A DNA stretch of 61,498 nt, the filler included, from Deltaproteobacteria bacterium (GTDB lineage Bacteria > JACQOV01), in the NCBI GenBank assembly GCA_016202395.1. It is 4 parts of 4 records of this genome, joined end to end, with 100 filler letters (N's around TTAATTAATTAA, not from the genome) between each part and the next. Parts side by side here need not be neighbours in the genome. Positions count along the whole stretch, not along the records: positions 37,588 to 56,094 come from JACQOV010000064.1; positions 56,195 to 61,498 come from JACQOV010000066.1; 2 more parts are not named here. One strand, given 5' to 3'. The notes beneath the pieces were generated by a model. The model made no database searches. It was not told where the DNA came from and worked only from the letters and a program-made list of their open reading frames with translations. Both the position numbers and the translations under genes were made by a program. Below, one piece after another: positions 49,021-58,362 of this stretch; the stretch's first letter is position 1, and the number at the start of each line of letters is the position of its first letter.

Positions 49021-49048
49021 GCCCTTTAGCTTGCAAAAGCTAAAGGGC
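49021..49048 (+). terminator. hairpin downstream of pal (possible terminator)
   Basis: GCCCTTTAGCTT-GCAA-AAGCTAAAGGGC perfect 12-bp stem; weak T tract. Confidence 0.45.
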
Positions 49049-49066
49049 TTCGCTATTTTGGGAAAC

Positions 49067-50221
49067 ATGGATTTTAACTTATCACCCGAACAAGAGCTGC
49101 TCCGCAAAACCGTTCGAGAGTTTGCCGAGCAAGAGATCAAACCCCTGGCTTTTGACCTCAACCAAAAAGAGGAGTGTTCCATAGAGGTCATCCAGAAGAT
49201 GGGGGATCTCGGTCTTATGGGGATGACCGTTTCTCCCGAGTACGGTGGGCAAGGTTTTGATCCCCTCTCTTACATTATTGCCATCGAGGAGATTGCTCGG
49301 GTCGATGGCTCCCATGCCGCTACGGTGGCGGCGCATAACGGTTTGGGGTTGAGTCCCATCTACTATTTTGGGAATGAACAGCAGAAAAGGAGATATCTCC
49401 CAGATCTTTGCGCTGGAAAGGCCTTGTGGGGTTTTGGTCTGACGGAGCCCGAGGCGGGGTCGGATGCAGGGAATAGCCAAACCGTTGCAAAATGGGTCCA
49501 TGGAGAATGGCTCATTAACGGCCGAAAAATCTTCATCACCAATGCTTCAACCTCTATTACCCGCGGCTCCACGGTCCAAGCGGTGACCGGTCGTCGTCCG
49601 GACGGACATCCTGAGATTAGCTGCATTTTAGTGGAACAAAACGCAGCGGGATTTACCGCAAAGCCGATGCACCATAAGCTGGTTTGGCGCGCCTCCAACA
49701 CCTCGGAGCTTTATTTCGAGGATGTTCGCGTTCCGGAGGCGAATCTCTTAGGGAAACGTGGCGAGGGATTTAAGATGATGCTCCAAACCTTAGATGGAGG
49801 GCGTCTTGCCATTGCCGCTATGGGATTAGGGGGAGCCCAGGGAGCCTTGGAAGAGGCCTTAAAGTACTCTCAGCAGCGGAAAACATTTGGGAAACATCTC
49901 GCCGAGCATCAGACCATCGCTTTTTATCTAGCCGAGATGCAGACCGAGATTGAAGCGGCTCGGTCGCTTTTGTATCGCGCTTGTTGGCTGAAGGGTGAAG
50001 GGAAGCCATTTGGGAATTTTGCGGCGATGGCGAAGCTTTACTGTTCCGAGGTGATGAAACGGGTGGCTCACAAAGCGGTTCAGATCCATGGCGGCTACGG
50101 GTTAATGGAAGAGTTTCCCGTGGCCCGATTTTATCGCGATCAACGATTGCTCGAGATTGGTGAAGGAGCTTCCGAGGTTCAAAAAATGGTCATCTCCCGC
50201 CATCTGCTGCGTGGCCAGTAG
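49067..50221 (+). CDS. acyl-CoA dehydrogenase
   Basis: GLTEPEAGSDA, INGRKIFITNA, LDGGRLAIAA, AVQIHGGYG, EIGEGASEVQ; start moved to ATG 49067. Confidence 0.93.
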   Translation: MDFNLSPEQELLRKTVREFAEQEIKPLAFDLNQKEECSIEVIQKMGDLGLMGMTVSPEYGGQGFDPLSYIIAIEEIARVDGSHAATVAAHNGLGLSPIYYFGNEQQKRRYLPDLCAGKALWGFGLTEPEAGSDAGNSQTVAKWVHGEWLINGRKIFITNASTSITRGSTVQAVTGRRPDGHPEISCILVEQNAAGFTAKPMHHKLVWRASNTSELYFEDVRVPEANLLGKRGEGFKMMLQTLDGGRLAIAAMGLGGAQGALEEALKYSQQRKTFGKHLAEHQTIAFYLAEMQTEIEAARSLLYRACWLKGEGKPFGNFAAMAKLYCSEVMKRVAHKAVQIHGGYGLMEEFPVARFYRDQRLLEIGEGASEVQKMVISRHLLRGQ

Positions 50222-50295
50222 TTTTTCGTTGCCTTATGAACTCCTTAGTAATCTCGCTTGATAATGCTTAAAGCCTCTGCTAGGTTTCAAACCGT

Positions 50296-51435
50296 ATGGG
50301 TTCCCCCGATGTCCTCATTATTGGTGGCGGCATTATTGGGCTTTCGATCGCTCGGAGACTGGCGATGGACGGCGTTTCCGTGGAGATTTTTGATCGTCAG
50401 CAACCGGGCATGGAGGCCTCCTGGGCGGCCGCTGGAATGCTTGCCCCTCAAATGGAGGTGGAAGGGCCCGGGCCATTCCTCGATCTCTGTCTTTGGAGCC
50501 GTGATCTCTATCTCGATTTTGTAAAGGGGCTACAAGAGGATTCTGGAATTTCGATCCCTTATAACGCTGAAGGGATGGTGAGCATCGCCTTAACGGAAGA
50601 GGATGAAACGGGTCTTCGAGAGCGATATGCATGGCAGAAGAGAGCAGGGCTCCCGGTCGAATGGCTCTCCGCGCCAGCGATTCGAGAGCGAGTCCCTACG
50701 GTAACTTCAGATCTCCGGGGCGGACTTTTTTTCCCCGGCCACCATCGGCTCGATCATCGCCAAATTATTAGAGCTTTACTCGTCGATCTTCAAAAGCGTG
50801 GAGTCAAAACCTCATGGGGGGTTGCGGCTCATTCCATTCTTGTTCAGCGCTCGAAGGCGATCGGTGTAGAAACCTCCCAAGGCTCTCGGTGCGTTGGGAA
50901 GGTGGTCGTAGCCGCAGGAAGTTGGTCTTCACAGTTGCAATATCCGAATGAGGAGATCCGTCCTAAAGTCCGTCCGATTCGCGGGCAGGTCGTGTCGGTG
51001 GAGTATCGAGGCGCTCCTTTTCCGTACAGTCTTTTTTCTTCCGTGGGTTACTTAGTGCCGCGCTCCGATGGCCAGATGCTTTTGGGAACCACCGTAGAAG
51101 AGGTCGGTTACGACAAATCGACGACCGTGAGTGGAATTCAAAAGATTTTATCTGGCGCCATGCGATTAATTCCTAGTATTTCGGATTGTTCAATTACAGA
51201 AGCGTGGGCAGGACTTCGACCTCGAAGCGATGATTTTTTGCCTGTTTTGGGGGCTTCTTCCGTGGAGAACCTCTATTTTGCCACCGGGCATTTTCGAAAT
51301 GGGATTCTGTTAACGCCAGCCACAGCGGAGATTTTAGGGGAACTGATTCGGATGGGGCGATCGAGCTTTCCCATAGAGACTTTTCAGATGGATCGCTGGA
51401 GGAGACACGCTCTGGCCTCCAGGATTGCATTGTAA
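50296..51435 (+). CDS. thiO: glycine oxidase ThiO
   Basis: IIGGGIIG, ASWAAAGMLAP, RPIRGQ, WAGLRP, TGHFRNGILL; precedes thiS-thiG. Confidence 0.9.
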   Translation: MGSPDVLIIGGGIIGLSIARRLAMDGVSVEIFDRQQPGMEASWAAAGMLAPQMEVEGPGPFLDLCLWSRDLYLDFVKGLQEDSGISIPYNAEGMVSIALTEEDETGLRERYAWQKRAGLPVEWLSAPAIRERVPTVTSDLRGGLFFPGHHRLDHRQIIRALLVDLQKRGVKTSWGVAAHSILVQRSKAIGVETSQGSRCVGKVVVAAGSWSSQLQYPNEEIRPKVRPIRGQVVSVEYRGAPFPYSLFSSVGYLVPRSDGQMLLGTTVEEVGYDKSTTVSGIQKILSGAMRLIPSISDCSITEAWAGLRPRSDDFLPVLGASSVENLYFATGHFRNGILLTPATAEILGELIRMGRSSFPIETFQMDRWRRHALASRIAL

Positions 51436-51437
51436 CT

Positions 51438-51641
51438 ATGCAGATTCAAGTAAATGGACAACCGATGCAACTCGATGATGGGAGCACCGCCGATGAGCTC
51501 CTCCTTCTGCTAAGCCTTCCTCAAGAAGGGATTGCGTTGGCAATTAATGGGGAGGTCATTCCTCGAAAGAGGTTTCCGGAGATTTTGTTACAGTCGGGGG
51601 ATGTGATAGAGATTGTCCATGCCGTTCAAGGGGGAAAATGA
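51438..51641 (+). CDS. thiS: sulfur carrier protein ThiS
   Basis: [29 protein letters not shown] followed by one extra Lys. Confidence 0.9.
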   Translation: MQIQVNGQPMQLDDGSTADELLLLLSLPQEGIALAINGEVIPRKRFPEILLQSGDVIEIVHAVQGGK

Positions 51642-52426
51642 GAATGAAACATCAAAGATCGTTTCAAATGGCTGGCAAGGAATACAGATCGCGGCTCATT
51701 GTAGGAACTGGCAAATACCCTAACTTCGAGATCATGCGACAGGCCCATGAGGCCAGTGGCACGCAAATGGTCACTGTGGCGGTGCGTCGTATCTCACTCG
51801 ATGCGAGTTCTCGTGAATCGCTCCTTTACTATGTCGATCGAACGAAAATCGATCTCCTCCCAAACACCGCAGGATGTTACACCGCCAAGGAGGCGATAAC
51901 CACTTCAGAACTGGCACGCGAGGCATTGGGCACCTCTTTGATTAAGCTGGAGGTCATCGGGGATGAGAAGACGCTCTTTCCCGACAACGTGGCTCTTTTG
52001 GAAGCAGCCCAGGTTTTGGTCCAAGAAGGATTCGTCGTTTTACCGTACACGAACGACGATCCTGTTGTCTGCAAAAAACTTGAAGATATCGGATGCGCTG
52101 CAGTCATGCCGTTGGGGGCTCCCATTGGTTCCGGGCTTGGGATTCGAAATCCTCACAATATTTGCCTCATTTTAGAGGCGGTCTCCGTCCCTGTGATTGT
52201 GGATGCCGGAGTTGGAACCGCCTCCGATGCAACCGTGGCGATGGAGCTGGGGTGTGATGGAATCTTAATGAATACCGGGATTGCGGGAGCCAAAGAACCT
52301 GTGAAGATGGCTCTGGCGATGCGGCATGCGGTGGAGGCCGGTCGCCTGGCTTACGAGGCGGGGAGAATTGCCAAGAAGGCTTATGCCACCGCCTCAAGCC
52401 CTATAGAGGGGATGATTGAACGCTAG
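51638..52426 (+). CDS. thiG: thiazole synthase
   Basis: [50 protein letters not shown]. Confidence 0.96.
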   Translation: MRMKHQRSFQMAGKEYRSRLIVGTGKYPNFEIMRQAHEASGTQMVTVAVRRISLDASSRESLLYYVDRTKIDLLPNTAGCYTAKEAITTSELAREALGTSLIKLEVIGDEKTLFPDNVALLEAAQVLVQEGFVVLPYTNDDPVVCKKLEDIGCAAVMPLGAPIGSGLGIRNPHNICLILEAVSVPVIVDAGVGTASDATVAMELGCDGILMNTGIAGAKEPVKMALAMRHAVEAGRLAYEAGRIAKKAYATASSPIEGMIER

Positions 52427-53039
52427 GCTTCCATTCCGTTTTCTTCTTGTCACGGATCGCAAAATCGGTGGTGGAAATTGGATCGATAAGATTGCTATCG
52501 CCGTAGAATCCGGTGTGCCCGCTGTCCAGCTTCGTGAAAAGGATCTCTCTTCAGAAGAACTTCTCCGAACCGCTTCCCAACTCGCGGAAAAATTAAAATC
52601 TCACCCCGTTCATCTTTTTGTGAACTCCGATGTCGAGATTGCCAAAGCGTTAGGATGGAATCTTCACCTTTCAGAATCGAAGATCTCACACATCTCTTCA
52701 GCAAGAAAGATTCTTGGAGGCAAGATGTGGATTGGAGCTTCCACTCACTCGCTGGATCAGGCCCGAAGCGCGCAGGCCCAAGGGGCGGACTATCTCCTCT
52801 TTGGTCCTGTTTTTGAAACCCCTTCAAAGAAACAGTTTGGGTCTCCACAGGGGCTTGCCAAGTTGGAAGAGGTGGCTCACCAGGTTTCTATCCCTGTTTT
52901 TGCCGTGGGTGGGATCACACCGGAGCGAGCTTTAGAGTGTCGAAAGAATGGAGCTTATGGCGTGGCTGTGATCTCGGCCATTCTGGGAGCCTCTGACATT
53001 GCGGCCGCTGTTTCTGCTTTTCAGAGAGAGGTTATTTGA
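52416..53039 (+). CDS. thiE: thiamine phosphate synthase (ThiE/TenI family)
   Basis: [48 protein letters not shown]. Confidence 0.82.
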   Translation: MNARLPFRFLLVTDRKIGGGNWIDKIAIAVESGVPAVQLREKDLSSEELLRTASQLAEKLKSHPVHLFVNSDVEIAKALGWNLHLSESKISHISSARKILGGKMWIGASTHSLDQARSAQAQGADYLLFGPVFETPSKKQFGSPQGLAKLEEVAHQVSIPVFAVGGITPERALECRKNGAYGVAVISAILGASDIAAAVSAFQREVI

Positions 53040-54078
53040 GGCTCAAATCCGCGAATCGTTTTAAAAGTTCTTTCTCTTCTTTGCTGAGTTTAGTAGGCAC
53101 TTCGATGGTCACCTGAAAATGGAGGTCTCCTCGCGGTCCGCCGTTGAGTGAAGGGACCCCTTCCCCTCGGAGTGTAAAAATTTTACCCACCGGTGTGCCT
53201 GCGGGGATCTTAATCCGCTCTTTCCCTTCCAGAGTGGGAACCTCTGTTTCTCCTCCTAAAGCGGCATCGACGAATCGGATTGGGAGTTGACAATAGAGAT
53301 CGTGTCCCTCTCTTTGAAAAAGGGGATGCTCTTTGACCGATAGGAAGACATAAAGATCTCCTGGGGGGCCTCCACGAAGGCCTGCCTCCCCTTCACGGGT
53401 GAGGCGAAGTCGCGTTCCATCCGAGACCCCAGCAGGGATCTTCACGGTGAGCTCGCGACGTTTTTCCACCCCCCCACTTCCTCGGCAAGTGGCGCAAGGG
53501 TCTTTAATGACAGTTCCTTCCCCTTGGCATTGCGGACAGGTTTGAGCAATGGTAATAAATCCTTGACGGTATTGGATCTGGCCCTGTCCCTCGCAAGCGG
53601 CGCATTTTACACGGCCAAAACCAGAGCGGACACCGGTTCCTCGACACTCTTCACACTTTTCCATTCGTGGAAGTTGGATCTTTTTCTCAATTCCGAAGAT
53701 CGCTTCTTTAAATTCGATGGCAAGGTCGTAGCGGAGGTCGGCCCCTTTCTCCGCGTGGGGACGGCGTTGACGGCGTCCGCCTCCAAAAATCTCACCGAAG
53801 AAATCATCAAAGAGGCCCCCAAATCCTGCCTCAAAGTCGGAAGAGGAGGCCCCACCCTCCAAGACCGTTCCAAAACGATCATATTGGGTCCGTTTTTCGG
53901 AATCGCTTAGAACTCGGTAGGCCTCCGTTGCCAATTTGAAACGCTCTTCGGCCTCTGTGTTCCCTGGATTTTTATCGGGATGGCATTCATGGGCGATGCG
54001 ACGATAGGCCTTCTTGATGTCGGCCTCGGTGGCCTCTCTGGAAAGGCCCAGTATGGAGTAGTAATCTTTTGCCGCCAT
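53032..54078 (-). CDS. dnaJ: chaperone DnaJ
   Basis: J-domain HPD, four CxxCxGxG repeats; start moved to ATG 54078. Confidence 0.95.
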   Translation of the reverse strand: MAAKDYYSILGLSREATEADIKKAYRRIAHECHPDKNPGNTEAEERFKLATEAYRVLSDSEKRTQYDRFGTVLEGGASSSDFEAGFGGLFDDFFGEIFGGGRRQRRPHAEKGADLRYDLAIEFKEAIFGIEKKIQLPRMEKCEECRGTGVRSGFGRVKCAACEGQGQIQYRQGFITIAQTCPQCQGEGTVIKDPCATCRGSGGVEKRRELTVKIPAGVSDGTRLRLTREGEAGLRGGPPGDLYVFLSVKEHPLFQREGHDLYCQLPIRFVDAALGGETEVPTLEGKERIKIPAGTPVGKIFTLRGEGVPSLNGGPRGDLHFQVTIEVPTKLSKEEKELLKRFADLSLK

Positions 54079-54079
54079 T

Positions 54080-54622
54080 TTAATGTTCCGTTCCTTCCAT
54101 CTTCGGTTCTGTCGCAATGGTGACACGAGCCGCTCGCAGGAGTCGATCTTTAAGTCTGTAGCCTCTTTCAACCTCTTGAATCACCGTGCCGGGCTCGATG
54201 TCGGCTCTCTCTTCTTTTCCAATAGCCTCATGGTTGAGGGGATCGAACTTCTGCCCCACGGTGGAGATCGGACGAACCCCCATATTTTCAAAAATGGAAT
54301 GAAACTTCTTCACCACGAGTTCTACCCCTTGCACAAGTCCTGAGAGGTCGGAATGGCTTTTAGCATGTTCTAGAGTTCGTTCTAAATCGTCGAGGAGCGG
54401 CAACAACTCTTTTAGGATTTGCTCGGTGCCATAATTCAAAAATTCGGCCTTTTCCCGGACCATCCGTTTTCGGTAGTTTTCGAATTCGGCTTGAAGATAC
54501 AAAAGCCGGTTCTTCGACTCTTGGAGCTCTTGCTCGGCCCGTTGAAGTTTTTGCTCCAACGATTCTTCCTTCGGGGCCTCTTCCCTTTTAGTTTCTGTCG
54601 CTTGAGATTCTTCTTCCTTCAC
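54080..54622 (-). CDS. grpE: nucleotide exchange factor GrpE
   Basis: [37 protein letters not shown]. Confidence 0.95.
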   Translation of the reverse strand: MKEEESQATETKREEAPKEESLEQKLQRAEQELQESKNRLLYLQAEFENYRKRMVREKAEFLNYGTEQILKELLPLLDDLERTLEHAKSHSDLSGLVQGVELVVKKFHSIFENMGVRPISTVGQKFDPLNHEAIGKEERADIEPGTVIQEVERGYRLKDRLLRAARVTIATEPKMEGTEH

Positions 54623-54636
54623 TTTCTTCTCCTCTC

Positions 54637-55662
54637 TTATCTTCCCAATAATCGACTCATCAAACGGGCCGTGTATTCCACCAGTGGGACCACTTTACCG
54701 TAGTTCATCCGGAGAGGGCCGATCACGCCCAATGTGCCTGTCACTTGTTCTGAAGTGTGGTACGGAGCAATGACAAGAGACATCCCCTCGATATTCGCTT
54801 CAGAGCCTAATAAGATCTGCGCATTCTCTCCCAAGAGACTTTGATCTAGGATCTTTACAAGAAGCCCTTTTTCTTCAAAAGCATGAAAGATCTCTTTCAT
54901 TTTGTCCACATCTTGTGAAAATTCGGGTTGCTCCAAAAGATGTGTTTGACCTTCCACGTAGACCTCTCCTTCCGTGTTTTCTTCTAAGACTTTTTGCGCC
55001 AATTTTAACGCCTTGCCTAAAAGTTGGTCGTAGAGGTTCTTTTCGGTTCGCATCTCCTCGATGATCTTGATTCGAACTTCTCTCAAAGGAAGATTTTGCA
55101 GCACTTGATTCAAATAGTTGCTCATCCGATCGCAGTCCGATTGGGAAATCTCTTTCTCTATCTGGAGCATCCGATGATGGACCATGCCCATCTCGGAGAT
55201 AAAGATCCCCAAGATCGTTTGGGTGTTCAATCGGATGAATCGGATCTGCTTAAAAAAGGTGTCTTTGAATTTTGGAGCCAGAACGACACCAATGTTATGA
55301 GAGAAGAGCGAGAGCAGGCGAGAGATCTCCCTTAGAAATTCATTTCGATTTCCCGCGCTTCCCTCCCCTCGGCTGTTGATGGTCTCTTGCTCAGCGGGGG
55401 TCAGCGCTGTTTTTTCTAGCAAGGTATCGATATAAAAACGAACCCCTTTTTCCGTTGGGACCCGACCTGCAGAGGTATGGGGATGCGTGAGGTAGCCACT
55501 CTCCTCGAGGTCCGCCATGACGTTTCGAACCGTGGCAGGGGAGAGATCCAACAGATACCTTTTCGCAATCGTGCGAGAACTGACCGCAATTGCTGAGAGG
55601 ATATACTCACTGATGACGGCGTGAAGCACCTCTTTGTCTCGCTCGGATAAGATTTCTGACAT
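54637..55662 (-). CDS. hrcA: heat-inducible transcription repressor HrcA
   Basis: SPATVRNVMADLE, HTSAGRVPT, GVIGPLRMNY; start at 55662 or 55677. Confidence 0.95.
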   Translation of the reverse strand: MSEILSERDKEVLHAVISEYILSAIAVSSRTIAKRYLLDLSPATVRNVMADLEESGYLTHPHTSAGRVPTEKGVRFYIDTLLEKTALTPAEQETINSRGEGSAGNRNEFLREISRLLSLFSHNIGVVLAPKFKDTFFKQIRFIRLNTQTILGIFISEMGMVHHRMLQIEKEISQSDCDRMSNYLNQVLQNLPLREVRIKIIEEMRTEKNLYDQLLGKALKLAQKVLEENTEGEVYVEGQTHLLEQPEFSQDVDKMKEIFHAFEEKGLLVKILDQSLLGENAQILLGSEANIEGMSLVIAPYHTSEQVTGTLGVIGPLRMNYGKVVPLVEYTARLMSRLLGR

Positions 55663-55706
55663 CCCACACCTCATCATTCGTAAAAAAATTTATGGAAATC
55701 AATAGG

Positions 55707-55733
55707 ATAGCACTCTTATTCTTAGAGTGCTAA
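55707..55733. promoter_or_regulatory. CIRCE element (HrcA operator)
   Basis: ATAGCACTC-N9-GAGTGCTAA, one mismatch to TTAGCACTC-N9-GAGTGCTAA; minus-strand TTGACA at 55766-55761 upstream. Confidence 0.92.
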
Positions 55734-55828
55734 GTAAAAATAACAGTCCTTTCAAAGTCTTGTCAAGGCAAATGGCTTGACTTGATAGAAGGGTTACTTT
55801 ACAGTTTGTTAGAAACGGAGGAAATCTT

Positions 55829-56094
55829 ATGCCAAAACAGCTCCTTTTGAAGATTGTTTTAGTTCTCTATGTGGTTCTTTCCCTGGTCTATATTTCTGTG
55901 GACGCTTGGGGATCTTTTAGAACCAATACGATTGAACGGTCGTTTGCCCAAGGGCGTCGCGAGGCGATCCTGCAGCTGATTGAGCAATCCGAGAAATGCC
56001 AACCGGTCTCGGTTTTTGCGGATGAAAAGCAAGCCCAGGTGGTGAACGTTACCTGTTTGCAGCAGGGGAGTCCACAGCAAGCCCAACCCAAGGC
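55829..56094 (+). CDS. hypothetical membrane-anchored protein, truncated by contig end
   Basis: GGAGG RBS, N-terminal TM helix, two Cys (CQPV...VTCL); runs into the linker. Confidence 0.6.
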
Positions 56095-56194
56095 NNNNNN
56101 NNNNNNNNNNNNNNNNNNNNNNNNNNNNNNNNNNNNNNTTAATTAATTAANNNNNNNNNNNNNNNNNNNNNNNNNNNNNNNNNNNNNNNNNNNN
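56095..56194. other. artificial contig linker
   Basis: 44 N + TTAATTAATTAA + 44 N. Confidence 0.97.
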
Positions 56195-56246
56195 AAAGCC
56201 ACAAAATTTCAAGACCTTATAAATTCCAACCCTTTTGGATTGTGTT

Positions 56247-56262
56247 TGGCACATTTCTTGCA
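56247..56262 (+). promoter_or_regulatory. sigma54 -24/-12 promoter
   Basis: TGGCAC-ATTTC-TTGCA, a perfect consensus match, 24 bp upstream of ATG 56286. Confidence 0.78.
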
Positions 56263-56285
56263 TTAAAATTCGACAGGAGGGAAAA

Positions 56286-57569
56286 ATGGAAACATCCAAA
56301 ATAATTTCTATCGTGGGGGTCGGCGCACTCTTACTGCTCCTCATCAGCGGTTTCATTCTGAAGGAAGGGCAGGCGCAAGAGGAGTTTAATCCGCTTAGGT
56401 TTTGGGCAAGGAGCGGAAACAATATTTACAACACCAATGCAGGAAATGTGGGAATAGGGATAGCTAATCCCGAACATCGGCTGGTCGTTTCCGGAGACGA
56501 CCTCGTCGCTGGATTTTACTCTGCCACTGAAAACGCACGGATTGTTTTAAATCCAACTCGAGAGGATGGAAGTGGGTTAATCGTTATGGGAAGTGAAGGA
56601 GGGGGCTTTAACATCTCCATCAGCAACAGCGATGGCATATCGAAGGATGCTTTTACCGTCGATCCTCAGGGAAATGTGGGGATTAGGACGTCGAAACCCC
56701 AAGCCCCTTTGGATGTGTACGGTGGGACAATGAGAATTGGATTACCCGCTCCTCAGTCTATCCAGGTCTCCGTCATGTCAGGTGGATCATTAAATGGAAC
56801 CTACTACTACAAGATAGTGGCCCTTGATTCGGAAGGGATGGGAGGAGCTTCGTCTAAAGAGCTGAAAGTTGACACGGATAAGAGTTCGGCTGTCTTTACC
56901 TGGGATCCTGTGGATAAGGCTTCTGTGTATCGTGTGTATCGGGGGGATGGTGATGAAGACGGTATGGAAGATCAATCGGGTTCTCCGAAAGGTTATTTTG
57001 AGACTACTCAAAATAGTTTTATCGATGATGGTAACGGTGCGTTAATAGCAGGGGGTCTTCCTAACCCAGGAATTATCTCTGTAGAAGGGGGGCGGGTGAC
57101 CTTTGATGCAGCTACAGGTGGTATTAGTTGGCGCGATTACACCAGTGGAGAGTTAGCAGGAGGGATTACGATAACCTCAGTAGGGGAACTCTCTTTATCT
57201 ACTGGATTCGGTGCCGGCCGGGGAGATTTTATTTTTGAAGATCCTATAAAAGGGGCGCATGCAGTTAAAATCCGCCTTCAAAATTCTAACCGTGAGGCGC
57301 CCCCCAGTTTAGGTTTCTTGGACGTGGACAACAATGTCCCAGCGGATGGTGTAATTGAAGCGAAAAATCTAATTTTTGCTACTCGTGATGGGGAAGTGGC
57401 GCGAATTACCTCCGAAGGAGTCGTTCAAGCGAAGGCATTTGAAACGGGAGATATCATTATGAAGAAAAATAATGAAAAACTCTGGAGGATGTTTGAGGAT
57501 GAAAATGGCATCTACCTAGAGAGTCTCAAAACGGGTAAGATTTTTAAGATCGTATTAGAGGAGACTTAA
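56286..57569 (+). CDS. secreted phage-tail-fibre-like protein 1 (GNVGIG repeats, FN3-like insert)
   Basis: ATG 56286 with AGGAGG; signal ending AQE; GNVGIGIANPEHRLVVSG and GNVGIRTSKPQAPLDVYG repeats; YYYKIVALD...FTWDPV...YRVYRG FN3-like segment. Confidence 0.65.
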   Translation: METSKIISIVGVGALLLLLISGFILKEGQAQEEFNPLRFWARSGNNIYNTNAGNVGIGIANPEHRLVVSGDDLVAGFYSATENARIVLNPTREDGSGLIVMGSEGGGFNISISNSDGISKDAFTVDPQGNVGIRTSKPQAPLDVYGGTMRIGLPAPQSIQVSVMSGGSLNGTYYYKIVALDSEGMGGASSKELKVDTDKSSAVFTWDPVDKASVYRVYRGDGDEDGMEDQSGSPKGYFETTQNSFIDDGNGALIAGGLPNPGIISVEGGRVTFDAATGGISWRDYTSGELAGGITITSVGELSLSTGFGAGRGDFIFEDPIKGAHAVKIRLQNSNREAPPSLGFLDVDNNVPADGVIEAKNLIFATRDGEVARITSEGVVQAKAFETGDIIMKKNNEKLWRMFEDENGIYLESLKTGKIFKIVLEET

Positions 57570-57614
57570 GCGCGTGCGCAATTGCATTTTAATGTCGAAA
57601 AAGGAGGGAAAATC

Positions 57615-58346
57615 ATGACACAAGGCAAAAAGATAACTCTGGTTAGCGGAATGGCTATCTTCTTATTTCTCATCGGAGGATTAGTCTTCGGGAAAGAGCA
57701 GCTGATTGAGAGACCTTTCGGATTATGGACAAAAAGTGGGAACAATATCTATAACACCAATTCAGGAAATGTAGGGATAGGAATAACCAATCCCGACCAT
57801 CGATTGGTTGTTTCAGGAGATGATTTAATCGCTGGATTTTATTCCACCGCCCAAAATGCGCGTATCGTATTGAATCCAACCCGAGAGGATGGTAATGGAA
57901 CGATTATTATGGGTAGCGAAGGCGGCAGTTTTGTCATTTCTGTGAGTGAAGATGGGATTCAAAAAGATGCTCTGACGATCAATCCCCAATCGGGTTTAAC
58001 GATCAACAACACAATTACCGCAAGAGAGCTTATTGTCACTCAAGAAGGCTGGCCGGATTTCGTGTTTGAAGAGGGGTATCCTCTTGAACCATTGAATGAC
58101 TTGAAAGCGTATATTGAGGAACAGGGGCATCTCCCAAACATCCCCTCTGCCAAAGAGATAGAGTCTGAGGGAATCAGCGTTGGAGCTATGCAATCTAAGT
58201 TACTGCAAAAAATTGAGGAATTGACACTTTACCTAATCGACCAACACGAGGAACTCTCAAGCCAAGAGCAAGCGTCGGCTCAATTGAAAAGCGAGAATGA
58301 AGCTCTCAGGCAGCGTGTCCTTGCTTTAGAATTGGGAAAAAAATAG
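57615..58346 (+). CDS. secreted fibre-like protein 2 with an S74-chaperone-like C-terminal domain and coiled coil
   Basis: ATG 57615 with AAGGAGG; N-terminal module paralogous to protein 1; WPDFVF...GHLPNIPSA...LLQKIEELTLYLI plus coiled coil. Confidence 0.68.
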   Translation: MTQGKKITLVSGMAIFLFLIGGLVFGKEQLIERPFGLWTKSGNNIYNTNSGNVGIGITNPDHRLVVSGDDLIAGFYSTAQNARIVLNPTREDGNGTIIMGSEGGSFVISVSEDGIQKDALTINPQSGLTINNTITARELIVTQEGWPDFVFEEGYPLEPLNDLKAYIEEQGHLPNIPSAKEIESEGISVGAMQSKLLQKIEELTLYLIDQHEELSSQEQASAQLKSENEALRQRVLALELGKK

Positions 58347-58362
58347 ATCGGAGGAGGCCCCA

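Noticed and set aside
50222..50295. TPP riboswitch upstream of thiOSGE
   Set aside because: The spacer is only about 74 bp, lacks the CTGAGA core motif and is mostly taken up by a predicted promoter.
56286..58346. Prophage tail region
   Set aside because: Both proteins have signal peptides and a host sigma54 promoter, and no capsid, terminase, baseplate or integrase genes are nearby.
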